Positions 39,051-50,917 of a stretch of 64,000 nucleotides of DNA are shown one piece after another. The DNA is from Octopus bimaculoides (Eukaryota), in assembly GCF_001194135.2 (NCBI RefSeq), contig NC_068983.1, positions 24,525,470 to 24,589,469 of the forward strand, written 5' to 3'. How positions within the stretch are numbered: position 1 is the first letter of the stretch; every line of letters starts with the position of its first letter. A program made the translations under genes and the position numbers. The notes beneath the pieces were generated by a model. It had not been told where the DNA came from. It saw only the letters and a list, made by a program, of their open reading frames with translations, and searched no databases.

Positions 39051-39728
39051 AATTAATAATTAATAATTTTTACCAAGCACTTCGGTATGTAAACACCATT
39101 ATCGGTGAAGAACTTATTTAAAAGTTCTTATAAATTTATAAACATAGTTAAGGGATCAGCAACAGTTGCTTCACCACATACCGAAGTTCAGAAATAGCAG
39201 CTAAAGTGCTAAAGCTCCAACAGATAGCAGTACTTGTAACTCACAAAGGCAAAACAAGAAGAAAAAACAATGAAACTAACCAGTCTTAGTTAATCATAGA
39301 CGCGTTTCTGGATTAGAATAGTAAAAACCTTCATTTCCGTCATCAGTATGATATTCTAGTTTGCAGGTCTGAAGATGCAGGCAATTATGCATATTGCCAG
39401 CGCCTCCGAACCTACATAGGCCCGTCAGTTCATCATCTCTCCCCATGAATTACCATGTGCGTTACAAGCGAATACCGCAGAAAATTTGAGGTTTACTATC
39501 CAGGAATGAATAATTATTACAAATAAAAGGGTAAAGGCATATTAATTAATTAATCAATTAATAATTAATAATTTTTACCAAGCACTTCGGTATGTAAACA
39601 CCATTATCGGTGAAGAACTTATTTAAAAGTTCTTATAAATTTATAAACATAGTTAAGGGATCAGTACTGCTATCTGTTGGAGCTTTAGCACTTTAGCTGC
39701 TATTTCTGAACTTCGGTATGTGGTGAAG
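39051..39728 (-). mobile_element. Non-coding Penelope-pLTR-like or retrozyme-like unit with terminal redundancy and 5' inversion
   Basis: 39051-39159 is repeated exactly at 39556-39664 (period 505). 39663-39728 is the exact reverse complement of 39169-39234. The unit holds a hammerhead motif and I saw no long ORF. The left end runs into an N-gap. Confidence 0.7.
39293..39352 (-). ncRNA. Minimal type I hammerhead ribozyme motif
   Basis: Minus strand reads ATCATA-CTGATGA-C-GGA...TCC-A-GAA-ACGCGT-C-TATGAT: 6-bp stem I, intact CUGAUGA and GAAA core, palindromic ACGCGU stem III, GUC cleavage triplet. Position 10.1/11.1 is a C.A mismatch. Confidence 0.75.
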
Positions 39729-39955
39729 AATAATAATTCTTTCTGCTATAGGCACAAGGCCTGAAATTGTGGGGGAGACGGGGACCTGTCTATTAGATCA
39801 ACACCAGTATGCAACTGGTACTTAATTTATCGACCCTGAAAGGATGAAAGGCAAAGTCGACCTCAGCAGAATTTGAACTCAGAACATAAAGGCAGACAAA
39901 ATACCGCTAAGCATTTCACTCAGCACGCTAGTGACTCTGCCAACTCACTGCCTTA
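39729..39955 (-). mobile_element. SINE family B abutting the hammerhead-bearing unit
   Basis: The short AATAATAAT tail at 39729-39737 directly adjoins the inverted segment ending at 39728. Confidence 0.85.
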
Positions 39956-40852
39956 TACGAAGAAGAAGAAGAAGAAGAGCAACATAATTAAACTAAGATT
40001 TTACACTATCGTTACTTCAAGTTTCATAAAATGCATTTAATTCTCTCAATATATTGTGGTAATGTGAAGCTTTAAGTAATGATGGTATAAAATCTATTTT
40101 AATTGCTGTTTACAACATTGCATGAACAAGATTGTAGGCAATTTAAACATTAGACATACTACGTTTTAGTTTTATGTCGTACAAGTGATTTTAAATTAAA
40201 AATCCATAATATTGATTGCTTGCATAGACACAAGGCCAAAATCTGGTGGAGAACATCATCATCAACATCATCATTGTCCTACTCATCTTCATCATTGTTG
40301 TTGTCATCATCATCATCATCATTTTAATGGCCACTTTTCCATGTTTGCATGGGTGAAACAAAATATGTTGCTGCCTTTCCTATCACTAGCCCTCACCTGT
40401 TTCCAAGTAAGATAATATTTCCTCTTTGTTTTCACAGAAGACTGAAATTGAACGACCCCTCTTGTATGGCAGTGACACTCTTTTACAACTATTGCATGAT
40501 TTCAAGACAAGAAGACACACACATGCACACATACACCACACACATACATGCATGCACATACATGCTCATGTGTGCACACACTTACATGCATATACACACA
40601 CACACACTCACATTCACTCACACACATACTACAGGCTTCTTTCAGTTTCTGTCTGCCAAATCCTAATGCATTAGTTGGCCTAAAGCTATAGTAGAAACAA
40701 AATAAAAAAAAACACTTGCCCAAGGTAGCATGCAGTGGGACTGAACCTGAAGCCATGTGGTTGGGAAGCAAACTTCTTAACCTCACAGCCATACCTGCAA
40801 CTACCAGAATCACTATGATTTACTATACATGTCTATATACATCAGTATATTC

Positions 40853-41215
40853 TTTTATTCTTTTACTTGTTTCAGTCATTTAACTGCAGCCATGCCAGAG
40901 CACCACCTCAAAGGGGTTTTTAGCCAAAGAAATCTTTGTAAGCCCAGTACTTATATCAGTCTCTTTTGTGGAGCTGCTAAGTTACAGGGACGTAAACACA
41001 CCAACATCGGTTGTCAAGCGATGGTGGGGTGACAAACTGACACAAACACACACACACATACAATGGGCTTCTTTCAGTTTCTTTCTACCACCTCCACTCA
41101 CAAGGCTTTGGTTGGCCTGAGACTATAGTAGAAGACACTTGCCCAAGGTGCCAAACAGTAGAACTGAACCCAGAACCATGTGGTTTGGAAGCAAGCTTCT
41201 TACCACTCAGCTACA
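40853..41215 (-). mobile_element. SINE family A (a further head-only copy lies at ~40630-40795)
   Basis: Reverse complement of the family A body. Confidence 0.85.
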
Positions 41216-41914
41216 CTTATGTAGAGAAATTTGTTTTTTCTTTATAAATCTATCATTGCATTAAAGGACAGCAGGTTAATAGAAAAAACAAAGATGTCTT
41301 ATGGTATTTTATTTTGTTCTTTACATACTAAGTTCAAATCCTGCTATGGTAAAATTTGGCTTTCATCCTTCTGGCGTCTGCTATACGATATTGCATACAT
41401 GATGTTCTGTATTAAAGAATTTTTACATGATAGTTCTATAATTGGTAAATGTAACACTTTTTTCTTTCTTACCCTTCGCTCAAACTCTTCTCTGCTTTAC
41501 CCTCCCCTCCCCCTCTCTCTGTATCTATTTATTTATCTATCTATCTATCTATCTATCTTTCAAGTGCTTCATACTACCATGATACAGGTACTCAGCTGGT
41601 AGACTTTTCAATTCACACTGAATATTTACCATGCTTTGTATATACAGCTGGCTTGACAAGCTGTCAAGGGTTCTAGCGAGTAGTCATTTTTAAAAAAAAT
41701 CTTGTTCAGTGCAACAGAAAATCAAATAAATAAAAACAATGCAAGTATGAGAAAGTAGACATTAAAATGATAGTGATGATGATGAAAATAAATGACGTAT
41801 TTTGCACGTAGTAAATGACCTGTGTTGAAAATTGGAACTTGTATGTTCTTAAGATCTGAATTTTGGGACATTGATGTTTTTGGTGAAAGTTCGAATGGAC
41901 CAAGTTGGATTAAC

Positions 41915-42300
41915 CAATTAAATTTGGACCCGAACCAACATATTCTTTTACTTGCTGAGTCTGGTGGAAGTGACAGGGCCTCATGAACCTTGCAGGGTGT
42001 CCAAGACTAGTGAGATTGAAGTTGTTGATGTTAAATTTTTTACTCAAACTGTTACGAGTCAACTTCTGCAGGAAAAACATCAGCTGGGAGAGGATTCCAG
42101 AAGGATGATGATCTCGGGATGAAAGATTATGTGTAGAATTGGTTAGTGTGGCAAAAATGGGAGGTAGGTTGAACCAAGAGTGGCAAGAGGTGGAAAGACA
42201 AGCGGGCTGGGGGTTGTCTGAGTTGTACAGGTTTAAGACCAGCCAGCTGTGAAGAACAGAGACCATTAATTGTGGAGTGGTAGTGCTCCTAGCCATCGCA
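41915..42300 (-). mobile_element. Probable decayed LINE apurinic endonuclease fragment
   Basis: The minus-strand ORF has NLYN...RDHHPS...NINNFNL...HPARF, loosely matching the APE motifs NVY, GDFNAHHP.W and N.L..LN...PT.F. Key residues are degenerate. Confidence 0.4.
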
Positions 42301-45100
42301 GGCATCCATAGACTGAACCAAGACTGATAACATTTTAGATTTCAACAATGAGGTAATGCAATAATGTACGGACATATAATACTGTGCATCACTGATAAAG
42401 ATGATGATGATGAAGATGAGGATAATGATGATGGTATAGTAGTGGTGGTGATGGTAACAATGACGAAGGTGATGGCAATGATAATTGTGTGCGTTTGCAC
42501 TTTCTGAAATGTCAGTAATGTATTCAAGTGTCCAGGTGTTGGCTATAGCAATTAAACTAATGATGACCAAGTAAATGCTTTGTATTTCTATGTCGATGTT
42601 CCATAGAATTACATTCAAAGCAATACTCTCTGAAAGAGCATAAACTTTTTAAAATTAACAAGATGGAGGAGCATCTGCATGGTCACTTGGCCTGCTAGAA
42701 ATAACTTCTAAGTCTCCTTCAATTCACATCCTTCAATCCATGGGCCTGATTCAAAGTAGTACTTTCTGAAAGAACATAAACTTCTTCAGTTAACATGGTC
42801 GAGGAGCATCTACATGGTTGCTCGGCCTGCTCGAAATAACTGCCAAGTCTCATTTAAATCATACCCTACTATCCATGGGACTGGGAATAGAGAGTGTAAG
42901 TGCACTTCCTAAAATTTTTGGGAGGTGCACCATTGATATTTGCACCCCTACTTACTTTTCTCAGGTTTAGAAAACAGTGTTTAAAAAGTGATTTGTTAAA
43001 AGTAGTTTGAAGTTAGGTTTCTTCCCCAAAAACAAAGAACAAAAGTAAATAACAAAAAACAATAAGACTTTGTTTGTAAAATATTTGGACCAGGGTTTGC
43101 ACCCACTTAGCAAACTTCATTCTTGGGTCAGTGCTACTATCATGGGAAAGAAAGGACACATTACATAATGTTGTTCTAGACACTCTTACAAAAACTCAAA
43201 ATAACCTACAATATAGAGTTTGGAAGAATTTACATGAAAAGGAACAAAAATCTTTCTTCTTTAGTTCAGTTTCCTTTTTCTCTTTTTTCATTTTTCTTTC
43301 TTTCACCTTATGGTTATGAATGAATTAAAACAGAAAATAAAATATTCTTTGTTATCAAACCACTGACATTATTCTCATAAAGGATTTAATTCTTACTGAT
43401 TTTTTTCCGAACCACTCCGTTTCTTTTATTCACAGCTTTATACTTCGTTCTGTAAAACTGCAAGGAAAAATACTTATAACAAGAGCTTGCTGTTTTACTA
43501 CAAATAAATGAGCAGAAAACACAGATGAAATAAACTGGTGTTGATTCTGCATGCCAGAGTCATAGAAGCGAATAGCACCATTCTAAGATTGATTTTTAAA
43601 GTAGATTTCTTGTTATTTATGTGTCTGTATCATTGACTTTTATCTGATGACTAAAGTCAGTCAAATCTTCTTGTCCTTTTTTTTTCCCCTTCTTCTTTTG
43701 GAAACCAGAAATCTGTTGGTTATTAATCCTAACTTCCTTCACAATGCACTAGATTTTTGTCATCATTATATGCTCTCACCTTTCCCCCTTTGACTCATTC
43801 GTATTTTATGTGTCTAAACTTTATCTTTTCCATGAGAACACAGAAAGCATTCATTGCTTTCAGCTATGATAATCAGTGACAACCAATTAAGATATTTCTT
43901 GTTCATGGTTAGAAGCAGCATTTTCAAATAGTGACATAGTTTATCTCAGTGTTCAACGTTATTTACAAGCAGTTGTAATGGCTTAATGTTTTTGTTACAT
44001 TGCTAGCTTCTTGGGCACAGAGTTGCTGTATTCATAATGTGATTCCTTTCTTCAACAAACTGATCACATTGCTATCTCTACTGAGGTTGTTCTATTGATT
44101 TAGTCTTCACAGATGACAGTTTATGTGGAAAAGTTTGTATAGGTCAGGTTAATTTTGTTGTTTTTTTAACCCTAGGTCAGGAATAAATGAGAAAATCTAT
44201 GCTAAAAAGTATTACAGCTATAACCATCCCATTATATTTTTATCTTAAGAACCACTATAATGTCCAATGCATCCTCTATTTAAGATAGTGGTGTGATTTG
44301 AGGGAGATTGGTTGTTGTTTCTTGCAAGTAAAATGGTCATGTAAAGGGTCCTTGCTGCTTCCATACATTAACTTTTGTCTTCAAAACTGTCTTCTGATAT
44401 TAGAATATCAGCACTGGTGATAATCACTGTTCATTGCTCCATAATTTTAGGCTTTTCCTCTCGAACTTGATTGCGTTCCACCATCTTTCTTGATATTATC
44501 TTCTGCCTACAATTATCTCCTGTTGCTACTTCATTTCTGTCTCATCATACACTGTTTAACTTCCATATATCTTAGATGTCTTAGTTTGATCTTGGTAGTT
44601 ATGTTAATGATATTAGAAGGATGAAAAACTCTGAGCTGACTGTGGCAGTATTTGAACTCTTTATTCTGAAGCACTGATTTAGTCTTTTAGTTATATTGCC
44701 CAGTTTTGCTCCTCTAATAACAAAGGTATCATCCCACTTTCATATAATCTAGTTAGTTATATTTGTGTGAATAGATTTACATTTATCTGGTCTTTGATGT
44801 CCTTAGTATCTTTATTGCCACATTTGAAGGTTTTGTGGCCTTCTCAGTTTTCACCTTTTCTTATTACCTCAGCTATTGATTTGATAAATGGAAAAATAAT
44901 CATACAAATTGAACTGTTAAAAGCTACAAGATAAAAGCTATTTATTTCTTAGAGGAAACAACTACTCTAAGAAATAAACGACTTTTAAATTTTCTTTGTG
45001 TTATTTTTATGCTTGTGGTTTTTCTATTTTCTTGGGAGGTAATTTGTATATCATTTCACTTTATTAATTTGCTAATTTTTAATTCGTTTTTCTGTTTTAG

Positions 45101-45223
45101 GCAGGGGAATCCAAGTCCGAACAGACAGTGTCTGAGAATCAGACTAAAAAGGTCTTTGTTGGAGGACTTCCATTTGATGTTGATGAAGGCGTTTTAATAA
45201 AGTTTTTCTCAAAATATGGCAAG
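45101..45223 (+). CDS. Internal coding exon of an RRM RNA-binding protein (DAZAP1/Hrp48-, Musashi- or hnRNP A/B-like), covering linker plus RNP2
   Basis: CTAAT branch-like motif in 45071-45076, pyrimidine tract and TTTTAG acceptor ending 45100, AAG|GTAGGT donor after 45223. 123 nt, phase 0-0, translating to AGESKSEQTVSENQTKKVFVGGLPFDVDEGVLIKFFSKYGK. KVFVGGLP is a canonical RNP2 and ExxLxxFFxxYGK matches helix 1/loop of this family. I found no other exon of the gene. Confidence 0.88.
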
Positions 45224-48200
45224 GTAGGTAAACTTTGTTTATAGAACCAGGGAAGTAATACAAGCATTGTGTATCACCTTTGTAAAATATTTTACACTGA
45301 GAATTTTAGGGTGTTTCAAAAATTTTCAGTAGGGAACACCAGCTTCCCTGGATATGATATATAGTTGAGAGAGATGTAGTGTGTATATGTCTATTTTGAT
45401 TATTTATTTATTCTCTCTATTTAAAAAAATAGTCATTAAAAAATGACTATTTTTTTTTTAGTTGTGTTCTTTCGCATTGAATTTTTGCAAGCAGTGGAAT
45501 TTTTGAGAATGTAATACGTGACATTCTAATTATGATAAATACAGAAAAAATATTGCGACATTATAAAATTCTCAACTGTCTTTATAATTAGGTTGCAAGT
45601 TTTCTCAGAGCTCACAATACCAGATTAATTTACTATATCAACAAGAACAACAACAACATCAATAATAATTATGATGATGATTATTCTTTCATTGCTCATA
45701 TGGGCCCAATACATTGAAGACAACACAAAGGATGAAATGCAACATACACACGCAACGCAACATGGGGGCTTACATCAGCTAGCTGAAATTTCTCTGTCTC
45801 ATAGCTGCAGAAAGTGTCAAAGTAGGCATTAGATAATAATTTCTAACATAGGTTGAAGGCCTACTACAAGTTTGAAGTGGGTGGGCATTAGTTAGTACCA
45901 TCAATGCCAGTACTTAAATTTTACTTGTCTTTTCATGTGTGCAGGTATTGTAGTTGTGTGGTAATAGGTTTGCTTTCCAGTTATATGGTTCTGGTTTCAA
46001 TCCCACTGCATAGTACTTCTTCTATTGCCCTGGACTGAGCAAAGCAGATCCTGAAAGAAGCCCATTGTATACACAGTGAGACACGGGGATATGTAACACA
46101 TTGCATAAGTACCAGTCTTGAGAAACTAGGCTTCTCAAAATCAGAAAGGAAAAAGTTGATTTGAAGACTGCAGATCCAAGCCATCATTGGAACTGTAAAA
46201 ATCTGTAAAACTTTCTAGAAATTTATCATTTAGTTATATATGTACATATCTTGATATGCAACTATATGAGAATACATACATAAAACAAAATATCTGCACA
46301 CACACTGAGTCCAAATGCTGCACATATACACACATACATGCAAAAATACCCTGTTGATGTTGTTGAAATTCCAATGAAGGAACTTTGGATCTAGGTTAGA
46401 AATTGACCCTTTCTCTATTGGCAAAAAATCTTGAAAGAGAATTGTATAATGACATATACACATATGTACATATGTATGTAAGCTTTGTATGCATATATCT
46501 ATGTGTGTGTGTCTTTGTGTTTGCTCCCCCCCCCCACCTCCACCACCACCACCACCTCTTGATAACTAAATGGTTTGTTTATACCCCTGTAATTACATAA
46601 TTTGGCAAAAAGACACTGATACAATAATTGTTAGGCTTTAAAAAAAAAGAGAAAAAATATTAGGGNNNNNNNNNNNNNNNNNNNNNNNNNNNNNNNNNNN
46701 NNNNNNNNNNNNNNNNNNNNNNNNNNNNNNNNNNNNNNNNNNNNNNNNNNNNNNNNNNNNNNNNNNNNNNNNNNNNNNNNNNNNNNNNNNNNNNNNNNNN
46801 NNNNNNNNNNNNNNNNNNNNNNNNNNNNNNNNNNNNNNNNNNNNNNNNNNNNNNNNNNNNNNNNNNNNNNNNNNNNNNNNNNNNNNNNNNNNNNNNNNNN
46901 NNNNNNNNNNNNNNNNNNNNNNNNNNNNNNNNNNNNNNNNNNNNNNNNNNNNNNNNNNNNNNNNNNNNNNNNNNNNNNNNNNNNNNNNNNNNNNNNNNNN
47001 NNNNNNNNNNNNNNNNNNNNNNNNNNNNNNNNNNNNNNNNNNNNNNNNNNNNNNNNNNNNNNNNNNNNNNNNNNNNNNNNNNNNNNNNNNNNNNNNNNNN
47101 NNNNNNNNNNNNNNNNNNNNNNNNNGAGTGTGGAACAAATAATGAAATAATTGTTTTAAATTTTGACTAATGGCCTTGACTGGTACTTAATTTTATTGAC
47201 CAGTAAGGATGAAAGGCAAAATTAAATCTTGGCTGGATTTGAACTCACAACATAAAGAGTCATGGGAAATACCACTTGGCAGTTTTATCGTAAACTTTAA
47301 CAATCCTCATTTCTTTACTGCCCATAGGGGGCTAAACATAGAGGAGACAAACAAGGATAGAGAAAGAGATTAAGTCGATTACATCGACCCCCCCCCCCAG
47401 TACGCAACTGGTACTTAATTTATCAAGCAGTCAAGTACTGGGGTCGATGTGATCAGCTTACCTGCTTCCCACAAATTTCAGACCTTCTGCCTATAGTAGA
47501 AAGGATTATTATTATTATTTAAGGCAGTGAGTAGGCATATTCTTTTAGTGGCATTTCATCTGTCCGTATGTTCTGAACGCAAATTCCGCCGGGGTTGACT
47601 TTGCTTTTCATCCTTTTGGTGGGCGATAAAATAAGTACCTGTAATCAACTTGCTGGCCTTGTGCCAAAATTTGAATTAACATTAATTTTAATAATCTCCT
47701 TTACCTACCTCAGAAGTTTCTAATGAAGGGAATATTACAATAAGATAAATGAATATTTGTTGCATAAATATATACTTGTCTCTCTACTTATTGTGATTAA
47801 GAAGATTAATCAAGTGTTTCCCCCCACTTACAGGTATTTTTACAGACACACACAATCACACATACACACATAGATTGTCTTTTAGTTGATGGCCATGCTG
47901 TCAGAGAGCAGGATTTTTAATTTAGTTAAGCAACGAAAGAGTAGATATCAAACCATACATCTTGTTACTTATCTGTTGGTTTTAGGAGAAGATGTCAATT
48001 TAGAATATTGGTTTGTGCTGTCAAATTGAAAGCAGTAATGAAGGAGATCAGATGTATTCAGCCTTGTTATTTTCTCTCTCTCTCTCCCTCCTCCCTCTCT
48101 CTTTCTCTTTCGTTATTTTATAGTGGGAACCCACAGGGGCTATTAGTTAGTGTTATTGGGTAGTGTGGACTCCGTTAGCTCTTCCTTGTGTGCTGGTTGT

Positions 48201-48401
48201 GCGATCAGCAGATATTCTCTAGAACTGTAAATGGGTTCAAAAATTAATTTTTTTTTTATTCTCATGTATAAACTGACATTAAATTGGTAGGAGTACTTGT
48301 ATTTTGTTGATGCAAAAGTATTTATTTGGCATTTTCAGCTGCACTTTAGATAATGAATATTACTTTGTTTTTACATTATTATTATTATTATTATTATCAT
48401 C

Positions 48402-48439
<38 letters not shown>

Positions 48440-48892
48440 TAATTCCATAGTTATAGTTTCTCAACTCTAGCAATGAATTTGTTCTCTTTTGATATACAAG
48501 CTGCACATACAACACGCACACACACACACGCACACACACACACACGCACACACACATGCACACACGCATGCACATGCACACACATGCACATACACAAAAC
48601 AACAGAACAAAAAAGAACAATGGTAGTACCATAAACAATTTAGTCAGAAATATGCTTCAAACATATATATGGATAACGACTCTTAAAGTTTAAGTATGAT
48701 GGTAATTATTTTACATACAGTATAATGTTAGCATTATTACATTATTAATAATGAAGACGTTGACATGTAACACTTGTTTTGTTGCTCATAGAATCCATTT
48801 AACATTGTCTCATGAATTATATCTTTTCAAGTATGTGTGATGTATTTATGTGTGTGTGTGTATATTAGTGTATGTATGTGTATACATATATA

Positions 48893-49660
48893 TACTGGGT
48901 GTGATGGGTAAATTGTTGCCATTTTATATTTTTAATTTTGCGCATGTGCATGGTTTGTTTTCGGTTTGTCGAATACACAGTATAGTAGGGTCAGTTGGGC
49001 ACTGTCTGTGAGAAAAACAGCACCATGATGCAATTCACTCTGCCAGAAATTTGGAAATGACATGCTGTACTGCTTGGCATTCGTGCCAGAAGATCCAGTA
49101 TGAACATTTAAGAGTGTTTGGATGTCATTTTGAGGAAATATACTGAAAGTGATAAAAATCCAACATCCAATCAACATCATGGTGTTTGAAGTGATCACTA
49201 GTGATGGCAACGTTATGCCTCCCTTCATCTTTCCACATGGCCTCAGACTCAACACGGAGGCCTATATCAAGTGCCTGTTGGAGACAGTATTATCCTTGGT
49301 CAAGAGAGAGGCTGCTGGAAGATCCTATGTCTGACAACAGGACTCTGCACCATGCCACACAAGTAGGAGAACCTAGTCATGGCTGTCAGACAATTTCTGC
49401 AACCACACCACTCCTAACATCTGGCCACCTAACTCCCCAGATTGCAACCCCCTTTGATTATTATGTGTGGGGTGCAGTTGAGTGAGAGACCAGCAAAACT
49501 ATTTGTAACACCAAAGATAAATTGAAGGCAAGGATTATGGCAGCATTCACCAACTTAAACAAGGAGACCATCCAGAAGAGCTGCAGGAGATTGCAAAGTA
49601 ATCTGGAGGCTGTGGTTGAAGCGAATGATGTTTTTATTGAATAAATTTACTCTTTAGTAT
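48893..49660 (+). mobile_element. Internally deleted Tc1/mariner transposon, DD37D (maT) type, pseudogenised
   Basis: Starts at TA-CTGGGTG. An N-terminal remnant at 49025-49135 joins KIQHPINIMVFEVITSDG...V*QQDSAPCHTSRRT*SWLSDNF...WPPNSPDCNP(L)DYYVWGAVE, ending at TAA 49642-49644. There are 37 residues between the last two Asp after removing a 1-nt insertion near 49452. Three internal stops in this segment; no right TIR found. Confidence 0.88.
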
Positions 49661-49914
49661 TTCAAGACTTTTGGTAAAAATATTTGTAATATACTTGGTA
49701 AACATAATCTAAAATATACTCTCCTCTATTTTCTACAATGCTCTTTCATATACCTGATAGACTTGCAAGGCCCCTCTTCTAACATTCTCTTGTGCAAGAC
49801 GAAAAATAATCCTCCAGTACTGTTCTGACTCGTATATGGCCACGTTTTATCCTGATGGAAGAACAACTTTCATCTTGAAACCAAAGATGGTCATTTTCCT
49901 TCTAGCACTTATTT

Positions 49915-50835
49915 GGTCATGATTGGTTGGTGCTTTTTATGTGCCACTGGCACGCGAGCCAGTCAGGTGGACCTGACATCGACCACAGGAGCCAGTCTGG
50001 GGGTATTGGCATTGGCCATGTTCGGTTGTTGCTTTTTACGTCCCACCGGTACGGGATCCAGTCAGCCGGACCTGGCATTAATCATGTTCAGATGGTGCTT
50101 TTTATGTGTCACTGGCACAAAAGCCAGTCAAGGGCACTGGCCCCCACCTACGATTTTAGTTTTACTTGACTCAACAGGTCTTCTCAAGCATATCATATCG
50201 CCCGACGTATCAAGGGTATTCTTAACAGGCCTGGGCATGTGTGACTGCGATCTCATTTTAGTTGTCGGGTCTTCTCAATCACAGCATGTCTCCAAAGGTC
50301 CTGGTCTCCTGTCATTGCCTCTATGAGGCCCAATGTTTGAAGGTCATTCTTCACAACCTCATCCCATGTCTTCCTGGGTTTACCTCTTCCACAGGTTCCT
50401 TCTACAGTTAAGGAGTGGCAATTCCTCACACAGCTGTCTTTATTCATATATAACACATGGCCATACCAGCACAGTCGTCTCTCTTACATACTACATTTGA
50501 TGCTTCTCATGCCCAACTTTTTTCTCAGGGTGCTCACACTCTGTCGTGTATGCACACTGACATTACACATCCAGTGGATCATACTAGGTTCATTTCTTTC
50601 ACGCCTATGCCTGCCCTCAGCATTCACGGCCCATGTTTCACTACTGTCTAGCGTGGCAGTTTGCACACATGCATCGTACAGTCTACCTTTCACCCTGAAT
50701 GAGAGGACCTTAGTTGTCAGCAGAGGTAGGAGCTCCCTGAACTTTGCCCTGGCTATTCTTACTCTAGTTGCTATACTCTCAGAGCAACTGCCCCCGACTA
50801 CAAGCTTGGTCACCTAGGTAACAGAAGCTATTAAC
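49915..50835 (-). mobile_element. RTE-clade LINE, 5'-truncated (ORF2 C-terminus plus 3' UTR)
   Basis: Minus-strand frames give SFCYLGD, GGSCSESIATRVRIARAKFRELLPLL, GRLYDACV...SETWAV and VEGTCGRGKPRKTWDEVVKNDLQTLGL...DQDLWR, all typical RTE motifs. The 3' UTR has repeated GTGCC..AAAAAGCACC modules. Confidence 0.9.
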
Positions 50836-50917
50836 AATTTCTAGTATTTATATTTTTTTATTATGAACTGTGATATGGCAAGACATTACTGTATATGTGT
50901 ATATGTATGTATATACA

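Noticed and set aside
39369-39420. Opposite-polarity second hammerhead (CTGAAGA plus GGCAAT/ATTGCC hairpin), which would suggest a viroid-like ambisense RNA
   Set aside because: No GAAA follows the stem (the sequence is GCCTCCGAAC), there is no A15.1-U16.1 pair, and stem I has no partner.
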